Part shown: positions 36,301-44,556 of the stretch, piece by piece
Layout of the letters: each line of letters opens with the position of its first letter
How positions within the stretch are numbered: position 1 is the first letter of the stretch
Source: a virus
Lineage: Duplodnaviria; Caudoviricetes
DNA length: 64,000 nucleotides
IMG/VR virus record: IMGVR_UViG_3300027759_000001
Reading direction: 5' to 3' (one strand)
Notes under the pieces: model-generated
What the model was told of the DNA's origin: nothing
What the model saw: only the letters and a program-made list of their open reading frames with translations
Database searches by the model: none
Program-made: the position numbers and the translations under genes

Positions 36301-37444
36301 TAAATCAAATAAGGTAGTTGGATTTAATATTGATATTAGTAATCAAAATCAACAAATATTTAAAAACTTTAGTGTTGGTCAAGATGTTGGAAAACCTACC
36401 GCAGAATCTTTGGAAATGTTAAATCAAATGGCAAATCAAAGTAGAAACAGAAGTACAGGATCTCAAAATGTATCTTTATATAACTTATATAGAAATAGAA
36501 GTTACGAATGTTCTGTTGATATGTTGGGTAATGCACTTATACAACCAATGATGTATTTTAATGTAAGAAACATACCTATGTTCTCAGGTCCATATATGAT
36601 TACTTCAGTAAGTCATAATATTAGTGATGGTGAATTTAGTACAACATTTAAAGGTACAAGACAACCTTTTTATAGTTTACCTAAAATTGATAGTTTTATA
36701 CAATCTTTAAGTTTGGACATAATATCTAAATTACAGGAACAAGTAAAAGCAAATGAGGAGAAATCTAAATCATCACCTGAAAACGTAATATTCCAAAAAA
36801 ATAATGTGGTTTCAAATGTAACTGGTACTGATACAATAACTAAAAATCAAGATTGTTCTGATAAAATTAATAGTGGTTATGTTGGATATACACCATTAGA
36901 TAATCCAACATCAACTCAAATATCATATAAGGACTTTAAAAAACTACTTGGAGATAGAATTGTCGCAAGTGGAATACCAAAAGAAACCACAAGTAATGGG
37001 GTGACAAAACTTACGGATAATTTTATAAATTTATCTTATTATTTATTCTCATTTATTTATTTAGACTCGGCATCATCAAGTGGAATGAAAGCTTATGAGA
37101 ATAATTATAGTACAATTAATTTAACTGAAACTTATGGGGCGGTACTTGCCACAACAACTAATAAAAAGTACTATTGTCTTTCAAGAGGTACTAATTTAAA
37201 CATACCAATTGTGTCATTTATATCTGCTGAAAAATTTGTGGATTTTGCAATTTCTAAATTTAAAGATAAATTATCTTTAATTAATACAAATCTTACTGCT
37301 CAAGAGGATATTGTTAAATTGTATGTTACAAAGTATCCAAGTACTCAACCTGATAATGTTTATACTGAAATGACAGAACAAGATAAAAATACATTACAAA
37401 ATAAAGTAAAACAGGCAATAGATATATATAACTCATTAAATTAA
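30311..37444 (+). CDS. Very large baseplate hub protein (gp27/VgrG-like)
   Basis: N-terminal LGITEIQV...V.L.DV.GRALF; C-terminal SY.CSVDMLGN..IQP..YF...G.YMITSVSH.I...F.TTF.G.R. Follows the LysM-like gene. Confidence 0.75.
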   Translation: MVDKGENILVEFDYDNITLIDPNKIVDSEGKVSDRLVKHENLVFYANLECNVLPRTKLALGSALNDSVRTVSVGKINFLNPGNKTFMDNRYTDEITGKGSLQGQGVNQPKLNAVQNPNKSDDFYLTQSTYSNGTPGAVDNGLLGITEIQVAIDTSFLPTVTVNLTDVKGRALFEGGNNSPYSAFFQLPYPMFYLTLKGYYGKAVRLPLMLQSFTSNFDNTTGNFKIVLKFFGYKYTVMSYVNWGAMMAVPHMYNNFVSTAQASTNTPAGSNLDKMSAKQVSRGYQKMKELYSEYKSKGLIDDDFPEITITQLKARLDRFINNILEKFTKENLGSITELDNFQTQLTEFQKKVFFYGDSWFETYMDKTTSYNLKDTKEVVYTYKKDYSDPNKQAEAETKLAGIFTEYQKLLQSNSVAGKNGSYTVGGKITKSEVPIDATVEKCYAKINPLTDIDFAKTYEERNGKPAKTQTELDTFIATNSIVPGTKFFVFEGTDHFIDITEKAAKESSKLRREIEEKITDNLNEQLSNKDTGVGFKPSIRNVLAVFFAQGEAFIRLMDDVHSKAWDLRENKYRRQAIFGSNSSALSVDVKSSTQNNEPIYPWPQVIKETLGDDKQEKFEIVYPGDKSISTMTKAYIPEIWPEVEFVEEFIKGYTDRVPKNPDYGDESNVVTRPNRLSLNALDFPVTNEVFQNKEEIKFFYEIYERIMVNTYYSKLNRQSGYDASIFMVEAEDEKINILKSLGNDNPFLTQKLKRYLIDQNNFLTFLRHISNQGEGESWQKFIRGEFTINYLKNKTNVPFELFNQQILTNERSQPNVSLTDESKIIDYIGNQTSSNEFDFSDMYPITNFNWCKNYLADGEALQNVNLAYNTKDVLSYNTTHKTICNFNNDDTNDKKRPITNFNYKADVFSQNIDTSNFKTFYNSRKIEEQFTTEGNLNYTNYDGFVTDTQTTSILNTPYFINAIQNGVYNFRYKPNDLSSYKQAAYLFLNSLPLASLREKYRSFNEPNDLSYILSTIKKFGAVHKLPYAWVVKYGSIWHRYKTWNDTGVDILDEVWKDFDYLGNYDPVTSASTKVYSLNIEGLQNNIVLENTVSATPNLVAYNSTTMNTGFFPKLYDDMNVFLQGLQLFSGATQLNGTCSIVGTTLDVYTINDNNLAPGEILAGPTVDVNTTIVSQINGTTGGVGKYVVDISQNTSILNGTCNVNGTTMDVLTFTGGTLSAGQIISGPTLALGTKIVSQVSGTTGGVGQYIIDITQTLTGENFTVVTPNIFYVTNSATGGYSQTEIQTLINDGKMVMTTNSSGKIIEISGFDPNDNDRSLKITPWSTIVKTTEGDKYFIMPSFGYTKNQTKDECFKNNKMKVEVSSNPAVFNGSVRLFWGSPNYGYFDNTKITKPNPDSYLKEILSDKKTQQNFSLNGDITKYDKISEMFTTFDTEILDYFEQEFLNFSRSIYDFKTLVPSDKDVETESERSYKNFQLLMRELLVVEKPSTLNSEGMINSVIEKQKTNFQGILTNFLEYNVVLKMGNPSMFDRRTFLTFSTKFLIDPVSYQGYNQGTTGSLPSNGGTITLAQSKTANPETWKTLEKYVGFSEIPELVYSDNGSYITDFFIDLNVQFTEKNVKDFAPLIMLYATQKLNNFKVPTNNVVIPNPVPTPVPSPQTPGDLLTTVTLKDTKTISVYKFGPQKYGVYKDATGTILFTGQPVSASLYPLNAPIVDAIIISQYPPTGLSSNPNDPQFIVSTVNVTTSQVTTTTTTLPIVQNLGNSVDGVKFYGLMDEYLDKSETYLKNVISNLMTGVRAGLPNITIEGDKGNKSQLEGEQTRVEMWETFKAFNDTWVAGGDFKSKTMFEDVLLFDRASRDVGQKVYVDIFKIKDLIEGSLYKNNMLDIVSTILSQNNFTYFPLPAYANFYNAQDAEKNPVPRSEGSTEFANSFWGTFLNVDYRNTSPKFLCYYANKPSQYVDMKDNVDYRFRDDAFDLRRASDNPLVESQSNKKNWDKSNKVVGFNIDISNQNQQIFKNFSVGQDVGKPTAESLEMLNQMANQSRNRSTGSQNVSLYNLYRNRSYECSVDMLGNALIQPMMYFNVRNIPMFSGPYMITSVSHNISDGEFSTTFKGTRQPFYSLPKIDSFIQSLSLDIISKLQEQVKANEEKSKSSPENVIFQKNNVVSNVTGTDTITKNQDCSDKINSGYVGYTPLDNPTSTQISYKDFKKLLGDRIVASGIPKETTSNGVTKLTDNFINLSYYLFSFIYLDSASSSGMKAYENNYSTINLTETYGAVLATTTNKKYYCLSRGTNLNIPIVSFISAEKFVDFAISKFKDKLSLINTNLTAQEDIVKLYVTKYPSTQPDNVYTEMTEQDKNTLQNKVKQAIDIYNSLN
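33710..34075 (+). repeat. Two 63-aa (189-bp) beta-rich module repeats inside the hub
   Basis: LNGTCSIVGTTLDV...IVSQINGTTGGVGKYVVDISQ (33710) and LNGTCNVNGTTMDV...IVSQVSGTTGGVGQYIIDITQ (33899). Confidence 0.9.
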
Positions 37445-37462
37445 TTTTATTGAATAACTAGA

Positions 37463-37474
37463 TATTTATAAATA
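37463..37474 (+). promoter_or_regulatory. TATTTATAAATA motif before the 74-aa gene
   Basis: Perfect 12-bp palindrome. Confidence 0.6.
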
Positions 37475-37483
37475 AAAACAATT

Positions 37484-37708
37484 ATGGATACAAAATTAAT
37501 TTTAGACAACTACTTGGGTAAAAACACAAGAGTGTCAGAGAAAGATAAAGGTAATGGGTACAAAGAAGTTTGTGACTTAGATACTGGAGATTGTTATACG
37601 CTTAGAATAAAAGACGGATTAATTGAGAGAGTTGATAATACTATGAACACATTCAAAAAAATCCAAGTTGAAACTAAAACAGGAATTAAACAATTATTAA
37701 ACGGATAA
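37484..37708 (+). CDS. Hypothetical protein (74 aa)
   Basis: ORF after TATTTATAAATA motif; contains CDLDTGDC. Confidence 0.7.
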   Translation: MDTKLILDNYLGKNTRVSEKDKGNGYKEVCDLDTGDCYTLRIKDGLIERVDNTMNTFKKIQVETKTGIKQLLNG

Positions 37709-37710
37709 CC

Positions 37711-38400
37711 ATGGCAATAGATAAAAAAATATTAAAAGAAATAAGTAGATTTAATTCTATTAACAAATACATAAGTGAACAAGTTGATCCTGCATTAGAC
37801 CCAGCGTTGGCACCACCTGCGGATCCTGCTTTAGCACCTGATCCTGCCGCTGGAGCTCCACCTGTTGATCCTAATGCACCTGTTGATCCTAATGCTGCAC
37901 CCGCAGACCCTAACGCAGTTGCTCCAATTCCACCGGCAGCACCTGTTGATATTGCAACCGATCCTGAGGTAGAAGAACTTGGTGCTGAGGGAGAAGAAGA
38001 AGAAAACAAAGAAGAATTGGATGTTACAGATTTAGTTGCAAGTCAAAAAAATATGGAACAAAAACAAGAAGAATATTTTGATAACCTATTCGCTCAACTA
38101 AAAACTCTTGAGGAAAAATTAGGTGAAATGGATGGTTTGGTAACAACCATAAATAACTTAGAAACTAAGTTTGATAAATTTAGACCAAAAACACCACAAG
38201 AAAAATTAGAACTAAGAAGTTTAGATTCAGGACCTTTTAACCAAAAATTATCTGATTTCTTTCAAGACAAAGAACCTGATATGGAAAAATCGGGTAAAAA
38301 TGAATATGTGTTAACAACTGATGATGCTAATAATTACTCAACAAATGATGTTGAAACTTCATTTAATGATTACGACGACGAAGACACAAATATGATGTAA
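37711..38400 (+). CDS. Acidic, Pro/Ala-rich coiled-coil protein (possible scaffold/internal head protein)
   Basis: DPALAP and PVDPNA repeats, coiled-coil YFDNLFAQLKTLEEKL, acidic tail. Confidence 0.6.
   Translation: MAIDKKILKEISRFNSINKYISEQVDPALDPALAPPADPALAPDPAAGAPPVDPNAPVDPNAAPADPNAVAPIPPAAPVDIATDPEVEELGAEGEEEENKEELDVTDLVASQKNMEQKQEEYFDNLFAQLKTLEEKLGEMDGLVTTINNLETKFDKFRPKTPQEKLELRSLDSGPFNQKLSDFFQDKEPDMEKSGKNEYVLTTDDANNYSTNDVETSFNDYDDEDTNMM
37861..37896 (+). repeat. 18-bp coding direct repeat (PVDPNA x2)
   Basis: cctgttgatcctaatgca / cctgttgatcctaatgct. Confidence 0.9.
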
Positions 38401-38407
38401 TACTTTA

Positions 38408-38442
38408 GAGAGGGACATCAATGTCCCTCTCAAGTTTTTTTT
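38408..38442 (+). terminator. Intrinsic terminator ending the hub/structural unit
   Basis: GAGAGGGACA-TCAA-TGTCCCTCTC then AAG and a T8 run. Confidence 0.88.
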
Positions 38443-38452
38443 AAATATTTTA

Positions 38453-38481
38453 TTGACTACCCTACTTTTTATAACTATATT
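38453..38481 (+). promoter_or_regulatory. sigma70-like promoter for SSB / replication island
   Basis: TTGACT (38453-38458), 17 nt, TATATT (38476-38481); same -10 hexamer as the polymerase promoter. Confidence 0.7.
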
Positions 38482-38513
38482 TTCTACGTAAACCTTTAAT
38501 AAATATATACAAA

Positions 38514-39377
38514 ATGGCGACAAACAATGTTTTAGATGCAGTTTTGGCTCAGTATGAGAGTTCAAAACAAAGTGGTTCTTCTTCCACTTCAAAATTCACA
38601 CAAGAAGAAAGAATGAAAAAGTATTTCGCAGCAATCCTTAAGGATAACGAAAAACAAGGTCAACGAACAATCCGTATTTTACCTACAACTGATGGATCAT
38701 CTCCTTTTAAGGAAGTTTGGTTTCACGAAATCAATGTTGATGGTAAATGGCAGAAGTTCTATGATCCAGGAAAAAATGACAACGAACGTTCACCTTTGAA
38801 TGAGGTATATGACGAGTTAATGTCAACAGGTCGTGAATCCGACAAACAATTAGCAACACAATACAAAGCACGTAAGTTTTATATTGTTAAAGTAATTGAC
38901 CGTGACCACGAAGAAGATGGTGTTAAATTTTGGAGATTTAAACACAATTACAAACAAGAAGGAATCCTTGACAAAATTATTCCGATTTGGAAAGCAAAAG
39001 GTGATGTTACTGACTCTGATACTGGTCGTGACTTAATCCTTGAACTTACAAAGGCAAAGACTCCAAAAGGAGCAACGTATACGGTTATTCAAACTGTTAT
39101 GTATGACGATCCAGCACCAACACATGAAGATGCTGAACAATCATCAGCATGGGTCAACAATGAGTTGACTTGGGAGGACGTATACTCTAAGAAACCTGTT
39201 GAATATCTTGAATCAATTGCAAGAGGTGAAACTCCACGTTGGGACACTGACGCAGGAAAATACATCTACTCAAATAATCAAGAAGAAGAGATTTCTATGG
39301 GTGGAAGTGTAAAGTCTGAAGTTAAAAAGGCTGATCCTCAGTCTAATCAAGAAGTTGACGAAGATTTACCATTCTAA
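38514..39377 (+). CDS. Single-stranded DNA-binding protein (T4 gp32-like)
   Basis: IRILP, PF..VWFH, FYIVKVIDRD, GVKFWRF, D..TGRDL; acidic C-terminus DEDLPF. Confidence 0.88.
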   Translation: MATNNVLDAVLAQYESSKQSGSSSTSKFTQEERMKKYFAAILKDNEKQGQRTIRILPTTDGSSPFKEVWFHEINVDGKWQKFYDPGKNDNERSPLNEVYDELMSTGRESDKQLATQYKARKFYIVKVIDRDHEEDGVKFWRFKHNYKQEGILDKIIPIWKAKGDVTDSDTGRDLILELTKAKTPKGATYTVIQTVMYDDPAPTHEDAEQSSAWVNNELTWEDVYSKKPVEYLESIARGETPRWDTDAGKYIYSNNQEEEISMGGSVKSEVKKADPQSNQEVDEDLPF

Positions 39378-39389
39378 TTAAACTTTAAC

Positions 39390-39425
39390 ATGGACACTTG
39401 GAATACTGAGTGTCCATATTTTTTA
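39390..39425 (+). terminator. Hairpin + T-run after the SSB gene (probable terminator/attenuator)
   Basis: ATGGACACT...AGTGTCCAT followed by ATTTTTT. Confidence 0.7.
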
Positions 39426-39436
39426 AAATCAAAAAA

Positions 39437-39667
39437 ATGAGCAAAATAGCAGAAAAAATGTATGAGGCATTGTCCTTAAAATATCGTAGTGAAATCGCTG
39501 AGGCGGAAGCAACATTATTAGTTTATTTAACTTCACCTGTCGGTATTGGTGAACACCCACAACATCTTGAAGAAATGGATAAGTTGGTTGAAAAATTCGC
39601 TAATGCACAAGATAAACTTGAGTCATTGGAAAAAATTCGTAAATATAATTCAGTAATTACACAATAA
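39437..39667 (+). CDS. Small conserved phage protein (PVGIGEH motif)
   Basis: Start corrected to ATG 39437 (MSKIAEK), since 39410 lies inside the hairpin; helical hairpin with PVGIGEHP. Confidence 0.75.
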   Translation: MSKIAEKMYEALSLKYRSEIAEAEATLLVYLTSPVGIGEHPQHLEEMDKLVEKFANAQDKLESLEKIRKYNSVITQ

Positions 39668-39668
39668 C

Positions 39669-40652
39669 ATGGCGATAAGAAAAAGAGAAATATCTTTAGA
39701 GACAATCAAAGGTAAGTACTCAACAAAAACAAAATACAAACCAGAAAGTTTTTATAATCTTGGGGAGGCTTTTTTGGGGTCATCTGGATTACCGGGACCC
39801 ATTATGGGGGGTATAAATATGTTTTTAGGTCACTCTAATACTTCAAAAACAACGGCAATGATCCTTGCTGCAGCAGACGCTCAAAAAAAAGGACATTTAC
39901 CTATTCTTATTATTACTGAGAAAAAATGGTCTTGGGAACACGCTATTGAATTAGGGTTACAGGCAGAAAAAAACGAACTTGGTGAGTATGATGGTATGTT
40001 TATTTTTAATGATTCGTTTGATGTGATTGAACAAGCAACTGAATTTATTAATGATATTCTTGATGCCCAAGAAAAAGGTGATATTCCTTATAGTTTATTA
40101 TTTTTGTGGGATAGTATCGGTAGTATACCTTGTCAGATGACTTTTGATGGTAAAGGTGGAGGAATGCACAACGCAAAAGTATTAGCGGATAAAATTGGTA
40201 TGGGAATTCATTCAAGAATCTCAAAATCTAAAAAAGAAGAATATCCGTATTACAACACTTTGGTTATTTTAAATCAACCTTGGGTGTTACTTCCTGATAA
40301 TCCATTTGGTCAACCTGAAATCAAAGCTAAAGGTGGTGAAGCGGTATGGTTGGCATCATCATTAGTGTTCTTATTTGGTAATCAGAAAAAGGCAGGTATT
40401 AGTCACATTGATGCGACTAAGAATGGTAGAAAAGTATCGTTTGCAATTAGAACTAAGATTTCAATATTAAAGAATCACGTTAATGGTCTTGGGTATAAAG
40501 ATGGTAAGATCATCGCAGTACCACAAGGTTATATTACAGACACAAAAGAATCTTTGGATAACTATAAGAAAGAATATTCTGATTATTGGGAAACAAAATT
40601 AGGGTATTCAGATTATTCTTTGGATGAATCTGATGATGACTCTGACGAGTAA
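39669..40652 (+). CDS. uvsX: RecA/UvsX-like recombinase
   Basis: P-loop GHSNTSKT, Walker B LFLWDSIG, ILNQPW, KGGEAV..ASS, K..KNH. Confidence 0.9.
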   Translation: MAIRKREISLETIKGKYSTKTKYKPESFYNLGEAFLGSSGLPGPIMGGINMFLGHSNTSKTTAMILAAADAQKKGHLPILIITEKKWSWEHAIELGLQAEKNELGEYDGMFIFNDSFDVIEQATEFINDILDAQEKGDIPYSLLFLWDSIGSIPCQMTFDGKGGGMHNAKVLADKIGMGIHSRISKSKKEEYPYYNTLVILNQPWVLLPDNPFGQPEIKAKGGEAVWLASSLVFLFGNQKKAGISHIDATKNGRKVSFAIRTKISILKNHVNGLGYKDGKIIAVPQGYITDTKESLDNYKKEYSDYWETKLGYSDYSLDESDDDSDE

Positions 40653-40682
40653 AAAGTATTTCAAACGACTTAAAAATTTTAA

Positions 40683-41693
40683 ATGGTCAAAACATTAATT
40701 GTTGATGGTAACAATTTATTAAAAATAGGATTTCATGGGGTTAAGGATTTTTATAATAATGGGGAACACATTGGTGGGACTTGGTATTTTCTTAACACAA
40801 TTCGTAAATTTTTAGAAGAAACTAATTTTAATAAAGTTATGGTCTTTTGGGATAGTGATACAAACTCATCACAAAGAAAATTAATATATCCAAAATATAA
40901 GATGAATCGTAAATCTTCTCCTAATGATGAGGAGAAGACTGATTCATTTAACAAACAAAAAACAAGGGTTAAACAATATCTTGAAGAGATGTTTATAAGA
41001 CAATTAGAGGTTGAAAATTCGGAAGCGGATGATCTTATTGCCTACTATTGTCAAATCTCTTTAGATGAAGAGAAAACAATATTCTCAAGCGATAAAGACT
41101 TAACTCAATTAATTTCAGAAAAGGTATTAATCTATTCACCAAACTTAAAGTCGTATTATAGATTTGGGGACAACATTAAATTTAAAGATTGTTCTATTCC
41201 CCATTATAATGTTATGACATTTAAGCTCCTTGCTGGTGATACTTCGGATAATATTGACGGAATAAGTTTAATGGGTGAGAAAACTTTAATTAAGTTTTTC
41301 CCTGAAATACTTGATTCAGAGATATCTTTAACTGATATTTTAACAAAGGGTGAGTTATTGTTAAAAGAACAACAAAAAAATGTTGTTTTAGGAAATCTAC
41401 TCAGTGGAAAAACCAAAGAAGGTATTATGGGTGATGATTTTTTTAAAATCAATAAAAAACTCGTAGATTTGTCAGAACCTTTAATTGATGAAGAGGGTAA
41501 AGAAATGGTTAGGGAATATTATTCCGAATCGATGGATCCCGATGGGAGAGGACATAGAAACCTAATTAGAATGATGATGGATGACGGATTCTTCAAATAC
41601 CTACCAAAAGGTGATGACTCTTGGGTTAATTTTTTAAAACCATTTTTAAAATTATCAAGAAAAGAAAAAACAAAATTTAGAAACAAAAAGTAA
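40683..41693 (+). CDS. 5'-3' exonuclease / flap endonuclease (T4 RNase H / PolI N-terminal-like)
   Basis: LIVDGNN, Y..NR, EADDLIA, SSDKDL.QL, GDTSDNI.G...GEKT. Confidence 0.93.
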   Translation: MVKTLIVDGNNLLKIGFHGVKDFYNNGEHIGGTWYFLNTIRKFLEETNFNKVMVFWDSDTNSSQRKLIYPKYKMNRKSSPNDEEKTDSFNKQKTRVKQYLEEMFIRQLEVENSEADDLIAYYCQISLDEEKTIFSSDKDLTQLISEKVLIYSPNLKSYYRFGDNIKFKDCSIPHYNVMTFKLLAGDTSDNIDGISLMGEKTLIKFFPEILDSEISLTDILTKGELLLKEQQKNVVLGNLLSGKTKEGIMGDDFFKINKKLVDLSEPLIDEEGKEMVREYYSESMDPDGRGHRNLIRMMMDDGFFKYLPKGDDSWVNFLKPFLKLSRKEKTKFRNKK

Positions 41694-41707
41694 AAACAAA
41701 AAAAAAG

Positions 41708-42157
41708 ATGAGAGATCAAGATGTAACAAAAGTTGAATTCCTATTAATGTGTAATGATAACATTGTAGTACAACGTTTTTTTAACGTTAAAGGATTTAAC
41801 AAAAACGCCCACAAATCTGAGGATTTTTATGACCATATGAGTATGGTATGTCGTAAATTAGAATATGATTTGAAAATGCGATCAGTGGTCTATATGTTAG
41901 ACAACAAATATGAAATTTCTGAGAACCCAGAAATTTTAAATACGTCAATTACTGACGGTGATGAAAATTTTAACCTATATATTAAGGTTGGAGACATGAC
42001 AATTTGTCAGAGAAGGTTTGATGCTAAAGTCTATCCACCAAAGGTAAGATATACCGTAGACCTACGCCCAAAGCTAAAAGGTATACTAAACGACCTGACT
42101 GACATTTTTTCAGGCAAAAATTTTAATTATTTTTACCCTGAATTTATCCAAAACTAA
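41708..42157 (+). CDS. Hypothetical protein in the replication island
   Basis: 149-aa ORF between exonuclease and helicase; no motif recognised. Confidence 0.7.
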   Translation: MRDQDVTKVEFLLMCNDNIVVQRFFNVKGFNKNAHKSEDFYDHMSMVCRKLEYDLKMRSVVYMLDNKYEISENPEILNTSITDGDENFNLYIKVGDMTICQRRFDAKVYPPKVRYTVDLRPKLKGILNDLTDIFSGKNFNYFYPEFIQN

Positions 42158-42160
42158 TAG

Positions 42161-42167
42161 TATTTAT
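42161..42167 (+). promoter_or_regulatory. TATTTAT motif before dnaB
   Basis: 22 nt before ATG 42190. Confidence 0.5.
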
Positions 42168-42189
42168 CTTTACTAACAGAAGGAAAATT

Positions 42190-43581
42190 ATGGCGACAAA
42201 CAAAAATTTTGAGTATCTAGGAAACACATTCCAATTACAATTACTTAATCAAATTATTTTAGATAAAGATTTTTCACATTCAATTATTGATGTGATTGAA
42301 AACAATTATTTTGAAAATAAATACTTTAAAATAATTACCCAAATGATCAGAGAGTATTATACAAAATATGATCACACACCATCATTTGAGACACTAGAAC
42401 AGATTACTAAATCTGAATTACAACAAGAGATTGCATCCAAGATAGTATTGGATACAATTAAGAAAATTAAGGACGCACCTATTGATGGTGTAGCTTTTGT
42501 ACAGGAAAAGGCGTTAAAATTCTGTAAACAACAGGAACTTCAAAAGGTTATGACCAAAGCTCAAAAAATCATTGATGGTGGTGAATTTGAGAACTATGAT
42601 GCCCTTGAGGAAATGGTTAGAGGAGCTTTACAAGTAGGAGCTAAAGACACAAGTTCAATGGATGTCTTCTCCAATATTGATCAAGTCCTTGATGAAGACT
42701 ACAGACACCCAATTCCAATGGGAATACCTGGTATTGATAGACTACTTAAAGGTGGTTTGGCTAAAGGTGAGATTGGGGTTATATTGGCACCAACGGGTGT
42801 GGGTAAATCTACAATCTTAACTAAAATCGCTAACCACGCATTTAACTTAGGAAACAACGTACTTCAGATCTTTTTTGAAGATAACCCAAAGGTGATTCAA
42901 AGAAAACATTATACACTTTGGACTAAGGTTCACCCTGATGAATTGTCAGAAAAAAGAGACGAAGTTATCAAAAAGGTTAAAGATATTGAGGAATCTATGC
43001 CAAATAAGTTAATTATGAATAAGTTACCATCTGATACGGTAACTATGTCACAAATTAAGAATCAGATTAGAAAGATGGTGGCAGATGGTAATAAGATTGA
43101 TATGGTATTACTTGATTACATTGACTGTGTTGTTCCTGATAAGAATTTAGGGGATGAATGGAAGAGTGAAGGATCTGTAATGAGAGCATTTGAAGCTATG
43201 TGTCACGAAATGGATTTAGTTGGATGGACCGCAACACAAGGTAATAGAAGTTCTATTTCTTCTGAGGTTGTAACAACTGATCAAATGGGTGGATCAATTA
43301 AAAAGGCACAAGTTGGTCACGTTATTATTACGGTTGCAAAAACACTTCAACAGAAAGAAATGAAATTAGCAACAATAGCAATTACAAAATCAAGGGTTGG
43401 TGATGACGGAGTTGTATTTGAGAATTGTAAATTTGATAATGCGATGTTAGACATTGACACCGATAGTTCTATGACTTTCTTAGGGTTGGAAGAACAAAAA
43501 GAAGAAAAACAACGAATGAGAGTTAAAGAGTTGTTAGAAAAAAGACAACAAAGACAAAAAGACGAAACAAAAACTAATTAA
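42190..43581 (+). CDS. dnaB: Replicative DnaB/gp41-like helicase
   Basis: [28 protein letters not shown]. Confidence 0.93.
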   Translation: MATNKNFEYLGNTFQLQLLNQIILDKDFSHSIIDVIENNYFENKYFKIITQMIREYYTKYDHTPSFETLEQITKSELQQEIASKIVLDTIKKIKDAPIDGVAFVQEKALKFCKQQELQKVMTKAQKIIDGGEFENYDALEEMVRGALQVGAKDTSSMDVFSNIDQVLDEDYRHPIPMGIPGIDRLLKGGLAKGEIGVILAPTGVGKSTILTKIANHAFNLGNNVLQIFFEDNPKVIQRKHYTLWTKVHPDELSEKRDEVIKKVKDIEESMPNKLIMNKLPSDTVTMSQIKNQIRKMVADGNKIDMVLLDYIDCVVPDKNLGDEWKSEGSVMRAFEAMCHEMDLVGWTATQGNRSSISSEVVTTDQMGGSIKKAQVGHVIITVAKTLQQKEMKLATIAITKSRVGDDGVVFENCKFDNAMLDIDTDSSMTFLGLEEQKEEKQRMRVKELLEKRQQRQKDETKTN

Positions 43582-43595
43582 TTTTAATAAAAAAA

Positions 43596-44543
43596 ATGGA
43601 AAAAATATTAAAGGAAAACCCTAACAGGTTTGTTATCTTCCCTATAGAACACAATGACATATGGGAATACTACAAAATGCATCAGGCGGCGTTTTGGACG
43701 GCAGAAGAAGTAGATTTAACGAATGATATTCGTGATTGGGAAAAATTAACAGATAATGAAAAATTCTTTGTAAAGAATGTATTATCATTTTTTGCAGCTT
43801 CTGATGGGATTGTAAATGAAAATTTGGCGGAGAACTTTTATCGTGAAGTACAATATCCTGAGGCTAAGTTTTTCTACGGATTTCAGTTGGCGATGGAGAA
43901 TATTCACTCATTAATGTATTCGTTATTGATTGATACATACATTAGTAATCCAAAAGAAAAAGATGAGTGTTTTAATGCAATTGAGAACCTACCAGCGGTT
44001 AAGAAAAAAGCTACATGGGCTCTTGATTGGATTGATAATGGATCTTTCCAAGAAAGATTGGTGGCATTTGCTGCGGTTGAGGGTATATTCTTTTCAGGAT
44101 CATTCTGTTCAATATTTTGGATGAAATCAAGAGGAATAATGCAAGGGTTATGTAATGCAAATACACTTATCTTTAAAGATGAAAACTTACATTGTGATTT
44201 TGCAATTCACTTATTGAACAACCATTGTGAGGAAAAACCATCTGAAAAAAGAATTAAAGAGATTTTGTTATCGGCTTTAGAAATTGAAAAAGAATTCATT
44301 ACCGAGTCATTACCTGTATCATTGATTGGAATGAACTCAAACTTGATGAAACAATATTTGGAGTTTGTTGTTGATGGTCTTTTAGTTAAATTTGGATGTA
44401 GTAAAGAATTTAATGTTGAACAACCATTTAAATTCATGGAACAAATTGCAGTTGAAACAAAAGGTAATTTCTTTGAATCAAGAACAATGGAATACCAAAA
44501 AGCAAAATTGAACGAAACGATTACGTTTGAAGAAGATTTTTAA
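43596..44543 (+). CDS. nrdB: Class Ia ribonucleotide reductase beta subunit
   Basis: [22 protein letters not shown] (radical Tyr), VEGIFF, DENLH. Confidence 0.97.
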   Translation: MEKILKENPNRFVIFPIEHNDIWEYYKMHQAAFWTAEEVDLTNDIRDWEKLTDNEKFFVKNVLSFFAASDGIVNENLAENFYREVQYPEAKFFYGFQLAMENIHSLMYSLLIDTYISNPKEKDECFNAIENLPAVKKKATWALDWIDNGSFQERLVAFAAVEGIFFSGSFCSIFWMKSRGIMQGLCNANTLIFKDENLHCDFAIHLLNNHCEEKPSEKRIKEILLSALEIEKEFITESLPVSLIGMNSNLMKQYLEFVVDGLLVKFGCSKEFNVEQPFKFMEQIAVETKGNFFESRTMEYQKAKLNETITFEEDF

Positions 44544-44556
44544 ATATTAAAAAATT

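Noticed and set aside
37686-38009. Gly/Ala/Ser-rich antisense ORF
   Set aside because: Mirror of the Pro/Ala repeats on the plus strand.
39669-39860. Non-canonical RecA P-loop (GHSNTSKT)
   Set aside because: Loss of the second Gly is normal in UvsX-type recombinases, so it does not indicate inactivation.
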